From assembly GCF_002087085.1 (NCBI RefSeq), contig NZ_MWQY01000001.1:124001-188000 (forward strand): DNA of 64,000 nucleotides, given 5' to 3'. The notes under the pieces were generated by a model. It was given only the letters and a program-made list of their open reading frames with translations, ran no database searches and was not told the origin of the DNA. Positions 1 to 9,972 of this stretch are shown piece after piece (positions within the stretch are counted from its first letter, which is position 1; every line of letters begins with the position of its first letter). Position numbers and translations under genes: made by a program.

Positions 1-1099
1 GGGACTGAATTGACAGCAGGCTGTGGATCATGTTCATGTTGTTCTTTATGCGATGGTGGGTTTCCTGGAGAAGCAGTTCCTTTTCCCTGAGCAGGTTCTG
101 GAGCTCCTGTCTGCTGTTCCGCAGATCCTCCTCAATTTTCTGTCTCTTCAGTGCAATGCTTGCCTGTCGTACGAAAGCCTCTATGGTTTCGCTGTTCTTT
201 ATGGTGTTCCCCCTTTTCATGAGGAATGTGGAGGTCGCATATATCTGTTTGTCCACCATAAAGGCCATTCCGTATATACTGCCTATCTGAAAAAAACTTT
301 CCAGGGCGCTGCAGACCCTTTTGGGAATTCCCCCGAAGGTCAGCTCATGGAGTCCCCCGGAGAACTCTTCGAGTTTTCCGCCTGCAAGTTCAAATATGGA
401 TGAATCCACCCTGTAGGTATTTCCGACGGGATTGAGACCCATTATGGAAATCAGCCTGTCGTACCTGTTTCCCACCCCCAGCAGGGCCTCCGTGGTCAGA
501 ACCCCCTCGTTCTGGTTAACCGAGTTAACCGTGATGTATGCCTCCGGGACCAGGGTGTGAAGGCATTCGCCTATGTACCTGTAGATGTTCCGGTCCACCG
601 CGGTGTCTATGAACTGAACTGCCGTGTCGGCAAGGAACCTGATATTCCTGAGCTGCTCATTCGCGGCCCCTTCGGCGGATTCCTTCCGGGCGTTCTCCTT
701 TTTCAGCTGGCTCTGGGTTTCAAACAATTCGAAGGCCATGTTTATGGATTCAATCAAAACGAACTCGCCGGCGTACTTGAGAACATAGCCGTACCTGGCG
801 ATTCCCCGCACCTGGTCTACCATCTCCTTTTCCGCGTGATTGGTACAGAAGATTATGGGAAGATCCCGTAAGGTCAGGATCTTTTCTGCGGTTCCGGTGC
901 CATCCGGTTTTCCCGGTCCCAGATCGATATCCATAAGGACCATATTTATTGAAGGGTCCCTTTTTATGCATTCAATGGCCTGTGCCCCGCTGTTTGCCGG
1001 TATGACCGCAAAACCGTACTCCTCGAGGGTCAGTTTCTGACTTGCAGCCACCAGGACTTCATCTTCTACAAGGAGGATTGTTTTTTGTGCCGCAGTCAT
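1..1099 (-). CDS. Hybrid response regulator (REC)-PAS-like-histidine kinase (HisKA_2 type); runs off the left edge of the window
   Basis: Translated by hand; not in the ORF track because no stop lies in the window. N-terminus MTAAQKTILLVEDEV...VLMDIDLG is a receiver domain; the in-frame ETHHRIKNNMNMIHSLL near position 60 is an HisKA_2 H-box. Confidence 0.85.
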   Translation of the reverse strand, partial: MTAAQKTILLVEDEVLVAASQKLTLEEYGFAVIPANSGAQAIECIKRDPSINMVLMDIDLGPGKPDGTGTAEKILTLRDLPIIFCTNHAEKEMVDQVRGIARYGYVLKYAGEFVLIESINMAFELFETQSQLKKENARKESAEGAANEQLRNIRFLADTAVQFIDTAVDRNIYRYIGECLHTLVPEAYITVNSVNQNEGVLTTEALLGVGNRYDRLISIMGLNPVGNTYRVDSSIFELAGGKLEEFSGGLHELTFGGIPKRVCSALESFFQIGSIYGMAFMVDKQIYATSTFLMKRGNTIKNSETIEAFVRQASIALKRQKIEEDLRNSRQELQNLLREKELLLQETHHRIKNNMNMIHSLLSIQS

Positions 1100-1224
1100 T
1101 TGTTTCCTTTCGCAGTCGCAGTTGTACCGGCGAATACCCGTATCCGACAGCAGAATATATCTTATAGTATAGCTGTTTACGGCATTTTTACAAACAGGTG
1201 GAATACCGGAAGATTCGATAAATC

Positions 1225-1254
1225 TTGACACCCCTTCGAGTTCGACGGTACTAT
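1225..1254 (+). promoter_or_regulatory. Sigma70-type promoter of alaS
   Basis: TTGACA (1225-1230), 18 nt spacer, TACTAT (1249-1254), 9 nt before the ATG; no Shine-Dalgarno. Confidence 0.55.
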
Positions 1255-1263
1255 GCTAATCCT

Positions 1264-3060
1264 ATGACAGGCAATGAACTACGAAGCAAATATCTTGATT
1301 TCTTCAGGCGCCACGGCCATGCCGTTATTTCCGGCGCAAGTCTAATACCCGAGAACGATCCCACCGTTCTCTTTACCACCGCCGGGATGCACCCTCTTGT
1401 ACCCTACATCCTTGGTGAGCCCCATCCGGCGGGAACCCGGCTGACGGATGTGCAGAAGTGTATCCGAACCGGCGACATAGACGCTGTGGGGGATCCCAGT
1501 CATCTTACCTTTTTCGAGATGCTGGGAAACTGGTCCCTGGGGGATTATTTCAAGGATGAGGCCATACGGATGAGTTACGAGTTTCTCACCTCTCCGGAAT
1601 GGCTGGGAATCAGCCCGGACAAGCTGAGTGTAACGGTGTTTGCCGGAGACGATGATGCCCCCCGGGACGATGAGTCCGCATCTGTATGGCGTTCCCTGGG
1701 AATTCCCGAAGAGCGCATTTACTATCTGCCGAAAGAAGACAACTGGTGGGGGCCCGCCGGCCAGACGGGACCCTGCGGCCCCGACAGCGAGATGTTCATG
1801 GACACCGGCAGGGAGGCCTGCGGCCCGGACTGCCGGCCAGGCTGCCACTGCGGGAAGTACTTCGAGGTATGGAACGACGTGTTCATGCAGTACAACAAGC
1901 AGGCCGACGGTACATATGCAAAACTGCAGCGGAAATGCGTTGATACCGGCATGGGAATCGAACGGACCATAACGATTCTTCAGGGTAAGGCCTCGGTGTA
2001 TGAGACCGAGCTCTTTACGCCCATCATCGAAGAGATTACCCGGATATCCGGCATCGCCTACGGTGGAGGAGACGAGGCGGATACCTCTATCCGTATCATT
2101 GCAGACCATGTAAAGACCGCAACATTTATTATCGGCGACCCCAGGGGAGTCACCCCTTCCAACCTGGGACAGGGATACATCCTGCGAAGACTGATTCGCC
2201 GGGCAAGCAGGCACGGCCGGAAGCTTGGCATAGAGGGGGCATTTCTCTCTCAACCGGCCCGGATCGTGATTGATATGTACCGGGAGGTCTATCCCGAACT
2301 GGCGGAGAAGATGGACTTTATCCTCAAAGAGCTCACTTCCGAGGAGGAGAAATTCCTCAAGACCCTGCAGAAGGGTGAACACGAGTTCGAAAAGCTTCTT
2401 CCGAGCCTTGAGAAGAACCCGAAGAAGCAGATTCCCGGACGTCTCGCCTTCAAGCTCTATGATACCTACGGCTTTCCCGTGGAGATCACAGAAGAGCTCG
2501 CAGCCGAGCACGGATTTTCTGTCGACAGGGAAGGATTTGACGCGGCCTTCGCCAAGCACCAGGAGGCCTCCAAGAAAGGTGCGGAAAAGACCTTCAAGGG
2601 AGGGCTTGCCGACCAGTCCGAACTGACTACCCGGCTGCACACCGCAACCCACCTGCTGCACAAGGCCCTGCGTACGGTCCTGGGCGAGCACGTCAGCCAG
2701 AAAGGGTCCAACATAACTCCGGAACGGCTGCGCTTCGACTTTTCCCATCCAGACAAGATGAGTCCGGAAGAGATCAGGGCCGTGGAGGACATGGTCAACG
2801 AACAGATCCGGCGGGACCTGCCGGTTACCATGGAGGTTATGACCCTGGAGCAGGCCCAAAAGGCCGGCGCCCTGGCTTTCTTCGGCGACAAGTACGAGGA
2901 AAAGGTCAAGGTCTACACCATGGGAGACTATTCAAAAGAGGTCTGCGGCGGCCCCCATGTAAGCCATCTGGGAGAACTGGGGCACTTCAGGATTCAGAAG
3001 GAACAGTCCTCTTCCGCCGGGGTTCGGCGGATTCGGGCCGTGCTGGAGTCGGTGGAGTAG
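1264..3060 (+). CDS. alaS: Alanine--tRNA ligase, short form without C-Ala domain
   Basis: DPTVLFTTAGM, HLTFFEMLGNWS, GPCGPDSE, DTGMGIER, editing motifs HTATHLLH and CGGPH. ATG 1264 chosen over the TTG at 1225, which is part of a -35 box. Confidence 0.97.
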   Translation: MTGNELRSKYLDFFRRHGHAVISGASLIPENDPTVLFTTAGMHPLVPYILGEPHPAGTRLTDVQKCIRTGDIDAVGDPSHLTFFEMLGNWSLGDYFKDEAIRMSYEFLTSPEWLGISPDKLSVTVFAGDDDAPRDDESASVWRSLGIPEERIYYLPKEDNWWGPAGQTGPCGPDSEMFMDTGREACGPDCRPGCHCGKYFEVWNDVFMQYNKQADGTYAKLQRKCVDTGMGIERTITILQGKASVYETELFTPIIEEITRISGIAYGGGDEADTSIRIIADHVKTATFIIGDPRGVTPSNLGQGYILRRLIRRASRHGRKLGIEGAFLSQPARIVIDMYREVYPELAEKMDFILKELTSEEEKFLKTLQKGEHEFEKLLPSLEKNPKKQIPGRLAFKLYDTYGFPVEITEELAAEHGFSVDREGFDAAFAKHQEASKKGAEKTFKGGLADQSELTTRLHTATHLLHKALRTVLGEHVSQKGSNITPERLRFDFSHPDKMSPEEIRAVEDMVNEQIRRDLPVTMEVMTLEQAQKAGALAFFGDKYEEKVKVYTMGDYSKEVCGGPHVSHLGELGHFRIQKEQSSSAGVRRIRAVLESVE

Positions 3061-3072
3061 GGAAAGAGGTCG

Positions 3073-4131
3073 CTATTCTTTCTTCCCCTTCGTCGCCAGC
3101 TGACCGCAGGCCGCGTTTACACCCCGGCCCTTACGGTGGCGGAGGACGACCGTGAGTCCCAGCTTTTCAAGTTCTTTCTGAAACCAGTCAAGCCTGCCGC
3201 TGTCCGGTTCCTCCAGGGGGAGGCTCCCTTTTTCCGGCAGGTTTACCGGCGGCATGCCCTCTGCGGGGTTCCAGGGAATCAGGTTTATATTGCAGCGCAG
3301 GCCATTGGCGAATTTTCTGATCAGTCCGGGGTCTTCTTTTCGGTCATTTATATTCTTCAACAGTACATATTCAAGGGTTATTCTTCGCCCTCCGGCCTTC
3401 TGGTATTCCAGGAGAGCCTCTTTCAGCCGGGGGAGGGGGTTCCTGATTTCCACGGGCATAAGTTCTTTCCGGATTACTGGCTCCGCACTTACAAGGCTGA
3501 CTGCCAGGCGAACCTGGGGATGTTCCTGTACCAGGCGACTGATTCCTTCAACGAGCCCGGAGGTGCTGATGGTAATGCGCCGCTGCCCCATGTTCCGGCC
3601 TTCCGGATGGGTCAGGATCCTGATTGTCTTTGACAGCTCGTCATAGTTATTGAAGGGCTCGCCCATTCCCATAAAAACGATGTTGTCGATGCTTTTGCCC
3701 CCTGCGGTCTCCTCGAGGAGGTAGAGCTGTTCTATTATTTCCCCTGCATCGAGGTTGCGGATAAAGCCCATGGTGGCGGTCTTGCAGAAGCGGCAGCCCA
3801 TGGCGCAGCCCACCTGGGTTGAGAGACAGGCTGTCACCCGGTCCCCGGCGTCCCGCAGGAGGACGGCCTCGATAAGGGAGCCGTCGCCGAGTTTCAGGCG
3901 GATTTTGACAGTGCCGTCGTCTGCCTCTTCAACAAGGTCGACATGAGAAGTCAGAATTGTGTGCTCAGTTTCCAGTTTCTGTCTGAGGGGCTTCGGCAGG
4001 TCCGTCATTTCGCCGAAGCTTCTGACATTTTTCTGGTGGATCCAGGAAAAGATCTGACGACCCCGGAACGCCGGTTCCGAAGCAAGGACCCCGGAGATTT
4101 CCCGGGGCAGAAGGGCAAGCAGGGATTGCAC
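3073..4131 (-). CDS. rlmN: 23S rRNA m2A2503 / tRNA radical SAM methyltransferase RlmN
   Basis: CLSTQVGCAMGCRFC (CxxxCxxC), FMGMGEP, ITISTSG, AACGQL. Confidence 0.96.
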   Translation of the reverse strand: MQSLLALLPREISGVLASEPAFRGRQIFSWIHQKNVRSFGEMTDLPKPLRQKLETEHTILTSHVDLVEEADDGTVKIRLKLGDGSLIEAVLLRDAGDRVTACLSTQVGCAMGCRFCKTATMGFIRNLDAGEIIEQLYLLEETAGGKSIDNIVFMGMGEPFNNYDELSKTIRILTHPEGRNMGQRRITISTSGLVEGISRLVQEHPQVRLAVSLVSAEPVIRKELMPVEIRNPLPRLKEALLEYQKAGGRRITLEYVLLKNINDRKEDPGLIRKFANGLRCNINLIPWNPAEGMPPVNLPEKGSLPLEEPDSGRLDWFQKELEKLGLTVVLRHRKGRGVNAACGQLATKGKKE

Positions 4132-4135
4132 GGGC

Positions 4136-5275
4136 TTATCTGCCCAGGCGCAGGGTATCCAGCATATTGGAAACGTAGGCGTTACGAATGCCCAGGCGCT
4201 GGAAACTGGTCAGAACCTCCAGGGCCTTCTCTTTTTCCCCGAGTTCAAGATGACAATCGGCGATCTCGGTATAGAGTCGATGGTTCTTGGGATCGTTTTT
4301 CAGGAGGCCCTGAAGGCTGTCAATGGCTTCCCGGTAATTACCCCGGGCCTTATTGATCAGGGCCAGTCCAAGAATCGCGTAGGCGTCGAACTCGATGTTC
4401 AGGGCACGACGATAATATTCTTCGGCTTTGTCAAAGTCTCCCAGGTGCCGGAAGGAGTCCCCGGCGCGGGTCAGAATAACCTTGTTCCGGGAGTCCTTCT
4501 GCAAAATCCTCTGCCAGTACTCAAGGGACTCTTCGTGCCGGTCCAGTCCTCTGTAGCAGTCTGCCATTCCAAAGAGGGCGTAGAAGTTGTTTGGTTCCTG
4601 TTCAAGGGCCTTGCCAAAATAGACCAGCCCTTTTTCGTAGGTTTTCAGCTTGCGGTGACAGTTTCCAAGAGAGGTGAGGACCCGGATATCAACATCGTCC
4701 TGCTTTACTTCCAGCATCTTTTCCCAGTACTGCAGGGCTTCCTCGTATTCCCGGAAGTCATAGTGCAGATGACCGAGGCCTATCAGGGCATAAGGGTTGT
4801 TCTCTTCCATCTCCAGGACCTTCAGGTAGATTTCCTTGGAGCGGCGGAAGTCCCGCACTTTGCGGTAGGCGTCGGCGACCCTGGTCAGGACGGTAACGTT
4901 GCTGGAGTCGTGCTCCAGATAGCGCTCCCAGATGTCGATGGCGTTGGAATACTGGTGCAGGGCTTTGTAGCAGTCCGCCAGGCCGAACAGGGCGTAGTTG
5001 TTCCCCGGATGGGAGGCCAGACACTGCTGGTAGTATTTTATTGCGTCCCTGTGCCGGTTTTTCTTCCGGGCTGCATCTCCCAGTCCGACCAGGGCATAGT
5101 TATTGTTATCGTCCATTTCGAGGATCCTGTTGAAACAGACAATGGCATCCTCGATGAGATTCTCTTTTAAAAGCTGATATCCTCGTTTCGAGAGTTCGGA
5201 TATTTCGTTCAGCCGCTCTTCTTCGGCCTGCTCTTCGGGTGTGAGCTCCCTGATTTCTTCGTTATTGTCGCTCAT
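4136..5275 (-). CDS. Tetratricopeptide repeat protein
   Basis: About 34-aa helical repeats (NNYALVGLGDAA, NNYALFGLADCY, NPYALIGLGHLH, NFYALFGMADCY). Confidence 0.9.
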   Translation of the reverse strand: MSDNNEEIRELTPEEQAEEERLNEISELSKRGYQLLKENLIEDAIVCFNRILEMDDNNNYALVGLGDAARKKNRHRDAIKYYQQCLASHPGNNYALFGLADCYKALHQYSNAIDIWERYLEHDSSNVTVLTRVADAYRKVRDFRRSKEIYLKVLEMEENNPYALIGLGHLHYDFREYEEALQYWEKMLEVKQDDVDIRVLTSLGNCHRKLKTYEKGLVYFGKALEQEPNNFYALFGMADCYRGLDRHEESLEYWQRILQKDSRNKVILTRAGDSFRHLGDFDKAEEYYRRALNIEFDAYAILGLALINKARGNYREAIDSLQGLLKNDPKNHRLYTEIADCHLELGEKEKALEVLTSFQRLGIRNAYVSNMLDTLRLGR

Positions 5276-5282
5276 ATATCGT

Positions 5283-5627
5283 TTACCCCTCTTCTTTTAA
5301 CCATTTACGTACAATTGATGACATTGTTTCTATTAAAGCATCCCGTTTTTCCGGAGCCGGAGCAATCCAGTACATACGCAATGCGTCAATATGTCTATTC
5401 TGCTGTTCATAATACCGGCCGATTCTTATAAGGCCGTCTGAATAACTGGTAGTTAGAAAGATCCGTTTTGCCAGTTCAATCTCACCGCGATTGAACATTT
5501 CATTACCTTTACGAATAAGTGCAGAACGGTCCCGACTGTCCAGGGGGACCTTTTTTTCTGTTGCTACCTTAATAAAACCGTCTGTCGGTATAAGCTCAAG
5601 TGCCTTCTCTTTATTCATCAACGGCAA
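5283..5627 (-). CDS. Hypothetical small helical (TPR-like) protein
   Basis: 114-aa ORF ending 7 nt before the TPR gene start; ALIRKGNEMFNRGEIELAKRIF is TPR-like. Start codon uncertain. Confidence 0.7.
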   Translation of the reverse strand: MPLMNKEKALELIPTDGFIKVATEKKVPLDSRDRSALIRKGNEMFNRGEIELAKRIFLTTSYSDGLIRIGRYYEQQNRHIDALRMYWIAPAPEKRDALIETMSSIVRKWLKEEG

Positions 5628-5744
5628 AACCCGCTTTTCCTACTATAGTAAAATCACACGGCAAAATCAATATAATATGCCTAAACAACTATTAAAATAA
5701 TCAAAATTCTCCAAACATTCATGTGAATTGAAAGCTGTCCTGGC

Positions 5745-6335
5745 TTATTCGTGAAGGGAACCTTTTGTGGAAGCAGGATTACCCTGTTTTCTGATAAAAG
5801 CCTGTCCCAGGGCTTTTCCGAGAGCCTTGAACAGGGCTTCCGCCATATGGTGGCTGTTGTCTCCGTAGCGGCAGCTGCCGTGAACAGTAAGGCCTCCCCG
5901 GGTGGAGAGGGCTGTAAAGAACTCCTTCAGCAGACAGAGGGGAAAGCTGCCGGCGTATTCCTGGGGAAAATCGGCATTGAAAACGAGAAAGGGACGGCCC
6001 GAGGCGTCGACGGTAACTTCACTCAGGGCATCGTCCATGGGGATTACCGAGTGGCCGAAACGCTGTATCGATCCGTAGCTCATTACAGCCTCTCTCAGGG
6101 CATCCCCCAGGACCAGACCCGTATCCTCCACAAGGTGATGGGGATCCACGTCGATATCTCCCGATGCGTTTATCTGAAGGAAGAATCCGCCGTGAAAGGC
6201 CATGGAATTGAGTATGTGGTTGAAGAAGGGAACCGGGGTATCGATCTGCGGCTCCTTCGGGCTGTCGAGGTCGAGGATCAGTCTGATCCGGGTCTCTTTT
6301 GTGTTGCGTTCCTGTGTAATCCGTCGTGTTTCCAT
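5745..6335 (-). CDS. hisB: Imidazoleglycerol-phosphate dehydratase
   Basis: RNTKETRI, DPHHLVED, PMDDAL, NSHHMAEALFKA. Confidence 0.96.
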   Translation of the reverse strand: METRRITQERNTKETRIRLILDLDSPKEPQIDTPVPFFNHILNSMAFHGGFFLQINASGDIDVDPHHLVEDTGLVLGDALREAVMSYGSIQRFGHSVIPMDDALSEVTVDASGRPFLVFNADFPQEYAGSFPLCLLKEFFTALSTRGGLTVHGSCRYGDNSHHMAEALFKALGKALGQAFIRKQGNPASTKGSLHE

Positions 6336-6350
6336 GGCTCTTCCTTGTTT

Positions 6351-6965
6351 TTAACCTTTTACAGTATCGACGAACTCCCGGATTTCCTGAAACCGCAGTT
6401 TAAAATAGGCGGGATTCGCTATCAAATGGACCCTGATCTCCGCCAGTTTTTCCAGAACTTCCAGATTATTGGCCTTCAGGGTGTTCCCTGTTTCCACCAG
6501 GTCCACTATATAGGGAGTCAATCCCAGGACGGGAGCAAGCTCCACGGATCCGTTGAGTTTGATAACCTCCACCGGGATTCCCCGCTCATGGAAATAGTCC
6601 CGGGAGAATCGGGTGAATTTGCTTGCCACCTTGATCATGCCGTTATTCAGGCTGAAACGGGCCCCCTTTTTTCCGGCCAGACACATAGCGGTGGATCCGA
6701 AATCGAAGGTGTGGAGTTTAACGAAGGGGTAGCCGTGTTCGTACAGAACGTCCTCGCCGCAGACGCCAAGGCCGGCGATACCATTGTTCACGTATACCGG
6801 CAGATCGGCGTTCTTTACCAGGAAGATTTTTATCCGCCCGTCGGCATCGTAGGCCACGAGTTTTCTCTTTTCAAATTCGACCTTCAGGCCTACGGTTTCC
6901 ATTCTTTCCAGGACCTGGTCCGTCAGACGTCCCTTCGGGAGTGCAAGGGTCAGCGGGCTGTTCAT
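6351..6965 (-). CDS. hisG: ATP phosphoribosyltransferase, short form
   Basis: LALPKGRL, GSVELAP, IVDLVETGNTLKANNL; 204 aa with no regulatory domain. Confidence 0.96.
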   Translation of the reverse strand: MNSPLTLALPKGRLTDQVLERMETVGLKVEFEKRKLVAYDADGRIKIFLVKNADLPVYVNNGIAGLGVCGEDVLYEHGYPFVKLHTFDFGSTAMCLAGKKGARFSLNNGMIKVASKFTRFSRDYFHERGIPVEVIKLNGSVELAPVLGLTPYIVDLVETGNTLKANNLEVLEKLAEIRVHLIANPAYFKLRFQEIREFVDTVKG

Positions 6966-8059
6966 AGGCGTACGATCCTTCCCCGGGCGCGTTTTTGTAC
7001 AGCATCCCTGTATTTTTCCTGCAGAGTCTCTCCCCGGGCCTGTTCGATGCTTCCCGGAAGGGCGAAACGCTCCGGATTACCCACCAGGGGTTCGATTTTC
7101 CGCAGGAGCAGGGAGAACCCGACGGAGGGACTGTCGAACCCGAAGGTCTCCAGGAGCCTGTCGTAGCGTCCGCCGGAGAGAAAGGCGGAATCCACTCCCT
7201 CCAGGTAGGCCTGAAAAACAATACCGGTGTGGTAATTCTGGCTGCCCGTCTCGGACAGATCGATCCTGACCGGTCCGGAGGAACCGCTGGTTTCGATAAT
7301 TTTTGCCAGTTCCAGGAGCCTGCTCAGATGGGGACTGCAGGCGGGACCAACGGAATCTCCCTGCCGTCTGAGAAACTCTTCGAACTCTCCCGAGCTTCCC
7401 AGAAAGCTGAAAAGCCCGATCAGTGGTTCCGGATCCGCGGCTCCCCCCTGAAGCAGGAGGTTTTTCATGGTTTCCGTGTCCCGCAGGGCAATAGCGGAAA
7501 AGAGTTCCTTTGCTTCTTCGTCCTGCAGGCCCCTGGCGGCTTCATGGGCAAGGGCCGCGGAACCGAGGTGCAGAACCGCATCCACCTTGAGAAACTCAAG
7601 AATCTCAGCCGCCATGAGCAGCACCTCAGCGTCTCCCTCCAGCCCCGGTATGCCGATAAGTTCGGCCCCGATCTGGTAGAATTCATTTTTCGAGATATCG
7701 TCGCTCTGCTGATGCCGCAGTATTGAATCGGCATACCAGACCCGGACGGGAAGGTCTTCCCGGTTCAGGGCCATACCCATCTGCTTGGCAAGAAAAAGGG
7801 TCACGTCGCTGCGAAGCAGGAGCAGTTCTCCCTCCCGGTCCATGAGCCGGTATACCCGTTCGGAGGAGGAGGTATCCAGCAGGGGTTTATAGATATCGTA
7901 AAAATCAAAAACCGGCGTTTCCGCGGGAAGATATCCCCATCCGGTAAAAATGCCGTCGATTTCGCTCAGGATTCTGCGGTGCCGGAAGGCTTCTTCCAGA
8001 AAGAACCCTTCTGTTCCCGGGGGAATCTGAAGCAGCCGTCGTTTCGGGGTCATAGTCAA
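6962..8059 (-). CDS. hisZ: ATP phosphoribosyltransferase regulatory subunit
   Basis: HisRS-like motifs LRSDVT, EFYQIGAELIG, YHTGIVF, GGRYDRLL; overlaps hisG by ATGA. Confidence 0.92.
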   Translation of the reverse strand: MTMTPKRRLLQIPPGTEGFFLEEAFRHRRILSEIDGIFTGWGYLPAETPVFDFYDIYKPLLDTSSSERVYRLMDREGELLLLRSDVTLFLAKQMGMALNREDLPVRVWYADSILRHQQSDDISKNEFYQIGAELIGIPGLEGDAEVLLMAAEILEFLKVDAVLHLGSAALAHEAARGLQDEEAKELFSAIALRDTETMKNLLLQGGAADPEPLIGLFSFLGSSGEFEEFLRRQGDSVGPACSPHLSRLLELAKIIETSGSSGPVRIDLSETGSQNYHTGIVFQAYLEGVDSAFLSGGRYDRLLETFGFDSPSVGFSLLLRKIEPLVGNPERFALPGSIEQARGETLQEKYRDAVQKRARGRIVRL

Positions 8060-8140
8060 AGCTCCTCATATTCAGTCCGGGCTACTATAACAGATACGCC
8101 GGGGGTTTACCAAGAGACGAAGAGGGATATAATTTAAGCT

Positions 8141-9730
8141 ATGCCTTCCATAGAAATGAAAAGCGTGGACCGTCTTGGAAAGGGTGACAGGCTGCTCTTT
8201 GATGCCGGACCCTTTGCCAAAGCCGGTACCATTGTCGATGAACGGATTATCAGGCATCTCGGACGTCATCGGGTACCTGTTGTACCGACCCTTGCCCTGA
8301 GTTACGAAGAGCAGCATAAGACCGAAGGGAAGAGTGAGGATGAGCTTATCCGTCGTTTCCTGGACTCCCAGGAGGATGCCTGGGAACATGTACGCCGGAG
8401 GCTCTATGAAAAACTCAAGAGCAGTTATGTTCCTTTTTCAGAGAACGAACGTCAGTTCCAGGCGTCGGGAAAGCGGAAGCAGATAACGAAGGGTGTTCTG
8501 CTGGAGCCTCGGCCGGAACGTCTCTACCTGGCGGATATCGATGCCGGAAGTCACGCCATTCTGCCGGAGTCCACTGTTCATTACCTTCGGGACGGGATCA
8601 ATACTCTCTACTCCATGCTCTCAAAGCTGAACGTGAGGTCGTCGGAGACCAGGGGAAAGAAACGACGCATTCCCCGTGTGGGATTTCATACCATTCGTCT
8701 GCAGTCCCTGTATGACGGAGAGCGTATTGCCACCGTGGGAGACGCCTTTGTTCTGCACGCCCTGGACTGCTGCTGTTATTTTCTGAATACCATGGTGAAT
8801 ATAAATAAAAAGCGGATTCTTGCCGGAGCTCCCCTTACGGAGCGGAGGTTCGATCCCGGCAACAAGGCCCAGCAGGACTCCCTTTTTCAGTACAGCCAGG
8901 AGTTTATCGTTGACGCGGCTTTAGGGGTGCTTATCGGTTTTCTCGGGTTCTTTCAGGAGGATATACATCATCAGGTCAGCGTTTCGTCGATTATCGACGG
9001 CAGCTCGGCCGCGGAAAAACGCTGCATAAAACTCCTGCAGCGTAATATCCTTGTCCTGCGCAACCTGCTGCGGGACCGGCATGATATTTCCGCCCTCACC
9101 CGGATGACCGCCCTGATGCAGAAGGTCTATGCCGACGGTACGGGTTTTCCTCCCCCCAACGAGAACCGCTATCTTCATGAATTCGTACGTCTTTTTCAGA
9201 TAATAGCTGTCTATGACGAGCTGACCAATCCTGTTATCGGACACACCGGCTACAGCCGTATGGAGGTGATCGGATATCTCCGGCGGAACTCCGGACCCTA
9301 CCGTCACGACTGGGAGCGTTTTACTCCCCGGCCGCGCTTCGACTCAGGCCTTCTTGATGAGTTCCTGCAGATCCTTGCCCCCTTCCGTGCGGGGGAGAAG
9401 GTGTATCTTTACAGCAGGGGAAAGCGCAGCGCCTACATCTTTGTCGGCCGGGTCTACACATACAGCGATGATACAATGCCCCTTATCTCAATTCTGAAGG
9501 ACGAACGTTCCGGAAAAAGCTACCCCTTCGGCCGGCTCCTGATCCACATACCATCTTCGTCGGGCTTCTTTATGCAGAACGGAAAGATCATAAAGCGCTT
9601 CAGGGCCGACTGGGTGGGTGGGCTGCAGATACACGATACAGCGGTGAATCCGGGAGATCTGAGCGAATACCAGGACTTTCTTTACGGCGAAGCCCTGCCC
9701 CTGGCGAGGGGAGTCAAGGGGAGTTTTTAG
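8141..9730 (+). CDS. Degenerate HD-GYP-like domain protein
   Basis: YADGTGFP, RLFQIIAVYDELT and FDSGLLDEFLQILAPFRAGEKVYL follow the HD-GYP C-terminal pattern, but the HD and HHE metal ligands are absent. Confidence 0.6.
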   Translation: MPSIEMKSVDRLGKGDRLLFDAGPFAKAGTIVDERIIRHLGRHRVPVVPTLALSYEEQHKTEGKSEDELIRRFLDSQEDAWEHVRRRLYEKLKSSYVPFSENERQFQASGKRKQITKGVLLEPRPERLYLADIDAGSHAILPESTVHYLRDGINTLYSMLSKLNVRSSETRGKKRRIPRVGFHTIRLQSLYDGERIATVGDAFVLHALDCCCYFLNTMVNINKKRILAGAPLTERRFDPGNKAQQDSLFQYSQEFIVDAALGVLIGFLGFFQEDIHHQVSVSSIIDGSSAAEKRCIKLLQRNILVLRNLLRDRHDISALTRMTALMQKVYADGTGFPPPNENRYLHEFVRLFQIIAVYDELTNPVIGHTGYSRMEVIGYLRRNSGPYRHDWERFTPRPRFDSGLLDEFLQILAPFRAGEKVYLYSRGKRSAYIFVGRVYTYSDDTMPLISILKDERSGKSYPFGRLLIHIPSSSGFFMQNGKIIKRFRADWVGGLQIHDTAVNPGDLSEYQDFLYGEALPLARGVKGSF

Positions 9731-9799
9731 AGATGTCCTTACGAGAATCCGGTGAAAAAACCGGGACTGTGGTATATTTCTGGGGAAGGAAGGTCATCA

Positions 9800-9955
9800 A
9801 TGAACGAGAATCCCCCGGCAGAACTGCAGCGGCGGCTAAAGGAGTACGGCGATTATCAGGCTCAGACAGATGAGCACAGGCCCCTGGAACACGACTTTGT
9901 GCCGGATGATATTCCCCGGCGCTTACGGAGACTGCTCACACTGCTGAACAGCTGA
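9800..9955 (+). CDS. Small hypothetical protein (51 aa)
   Basis: ATG 9800 preceded by GGAAGG; fills the gap before rsmD. Confidence 0.4.
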   Translation: MNENPPAELQRRLKEYGDYQAQTDEHRPLEHDFVPDDIPRRLRRLLTLLNS

Positions 9956-9972
9956 AACGCCATCCCTGCCCG

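Noticed and set aside
1342..2859. 505-aa antisense ORF
   Set aside because: Shadow of alaS on the opposite strand, expected in GC-rich coding DNA; no recognisable motifs.
4136..5275. Periodic sequence similarity suggesting an array
   Set aside because: Explained by protein-level TPR repeats.
5751..7166. 471-aa plus-strand ORF
   Set aside because: Antisense to hisB/hisG/hisZ, which have clear motifs.
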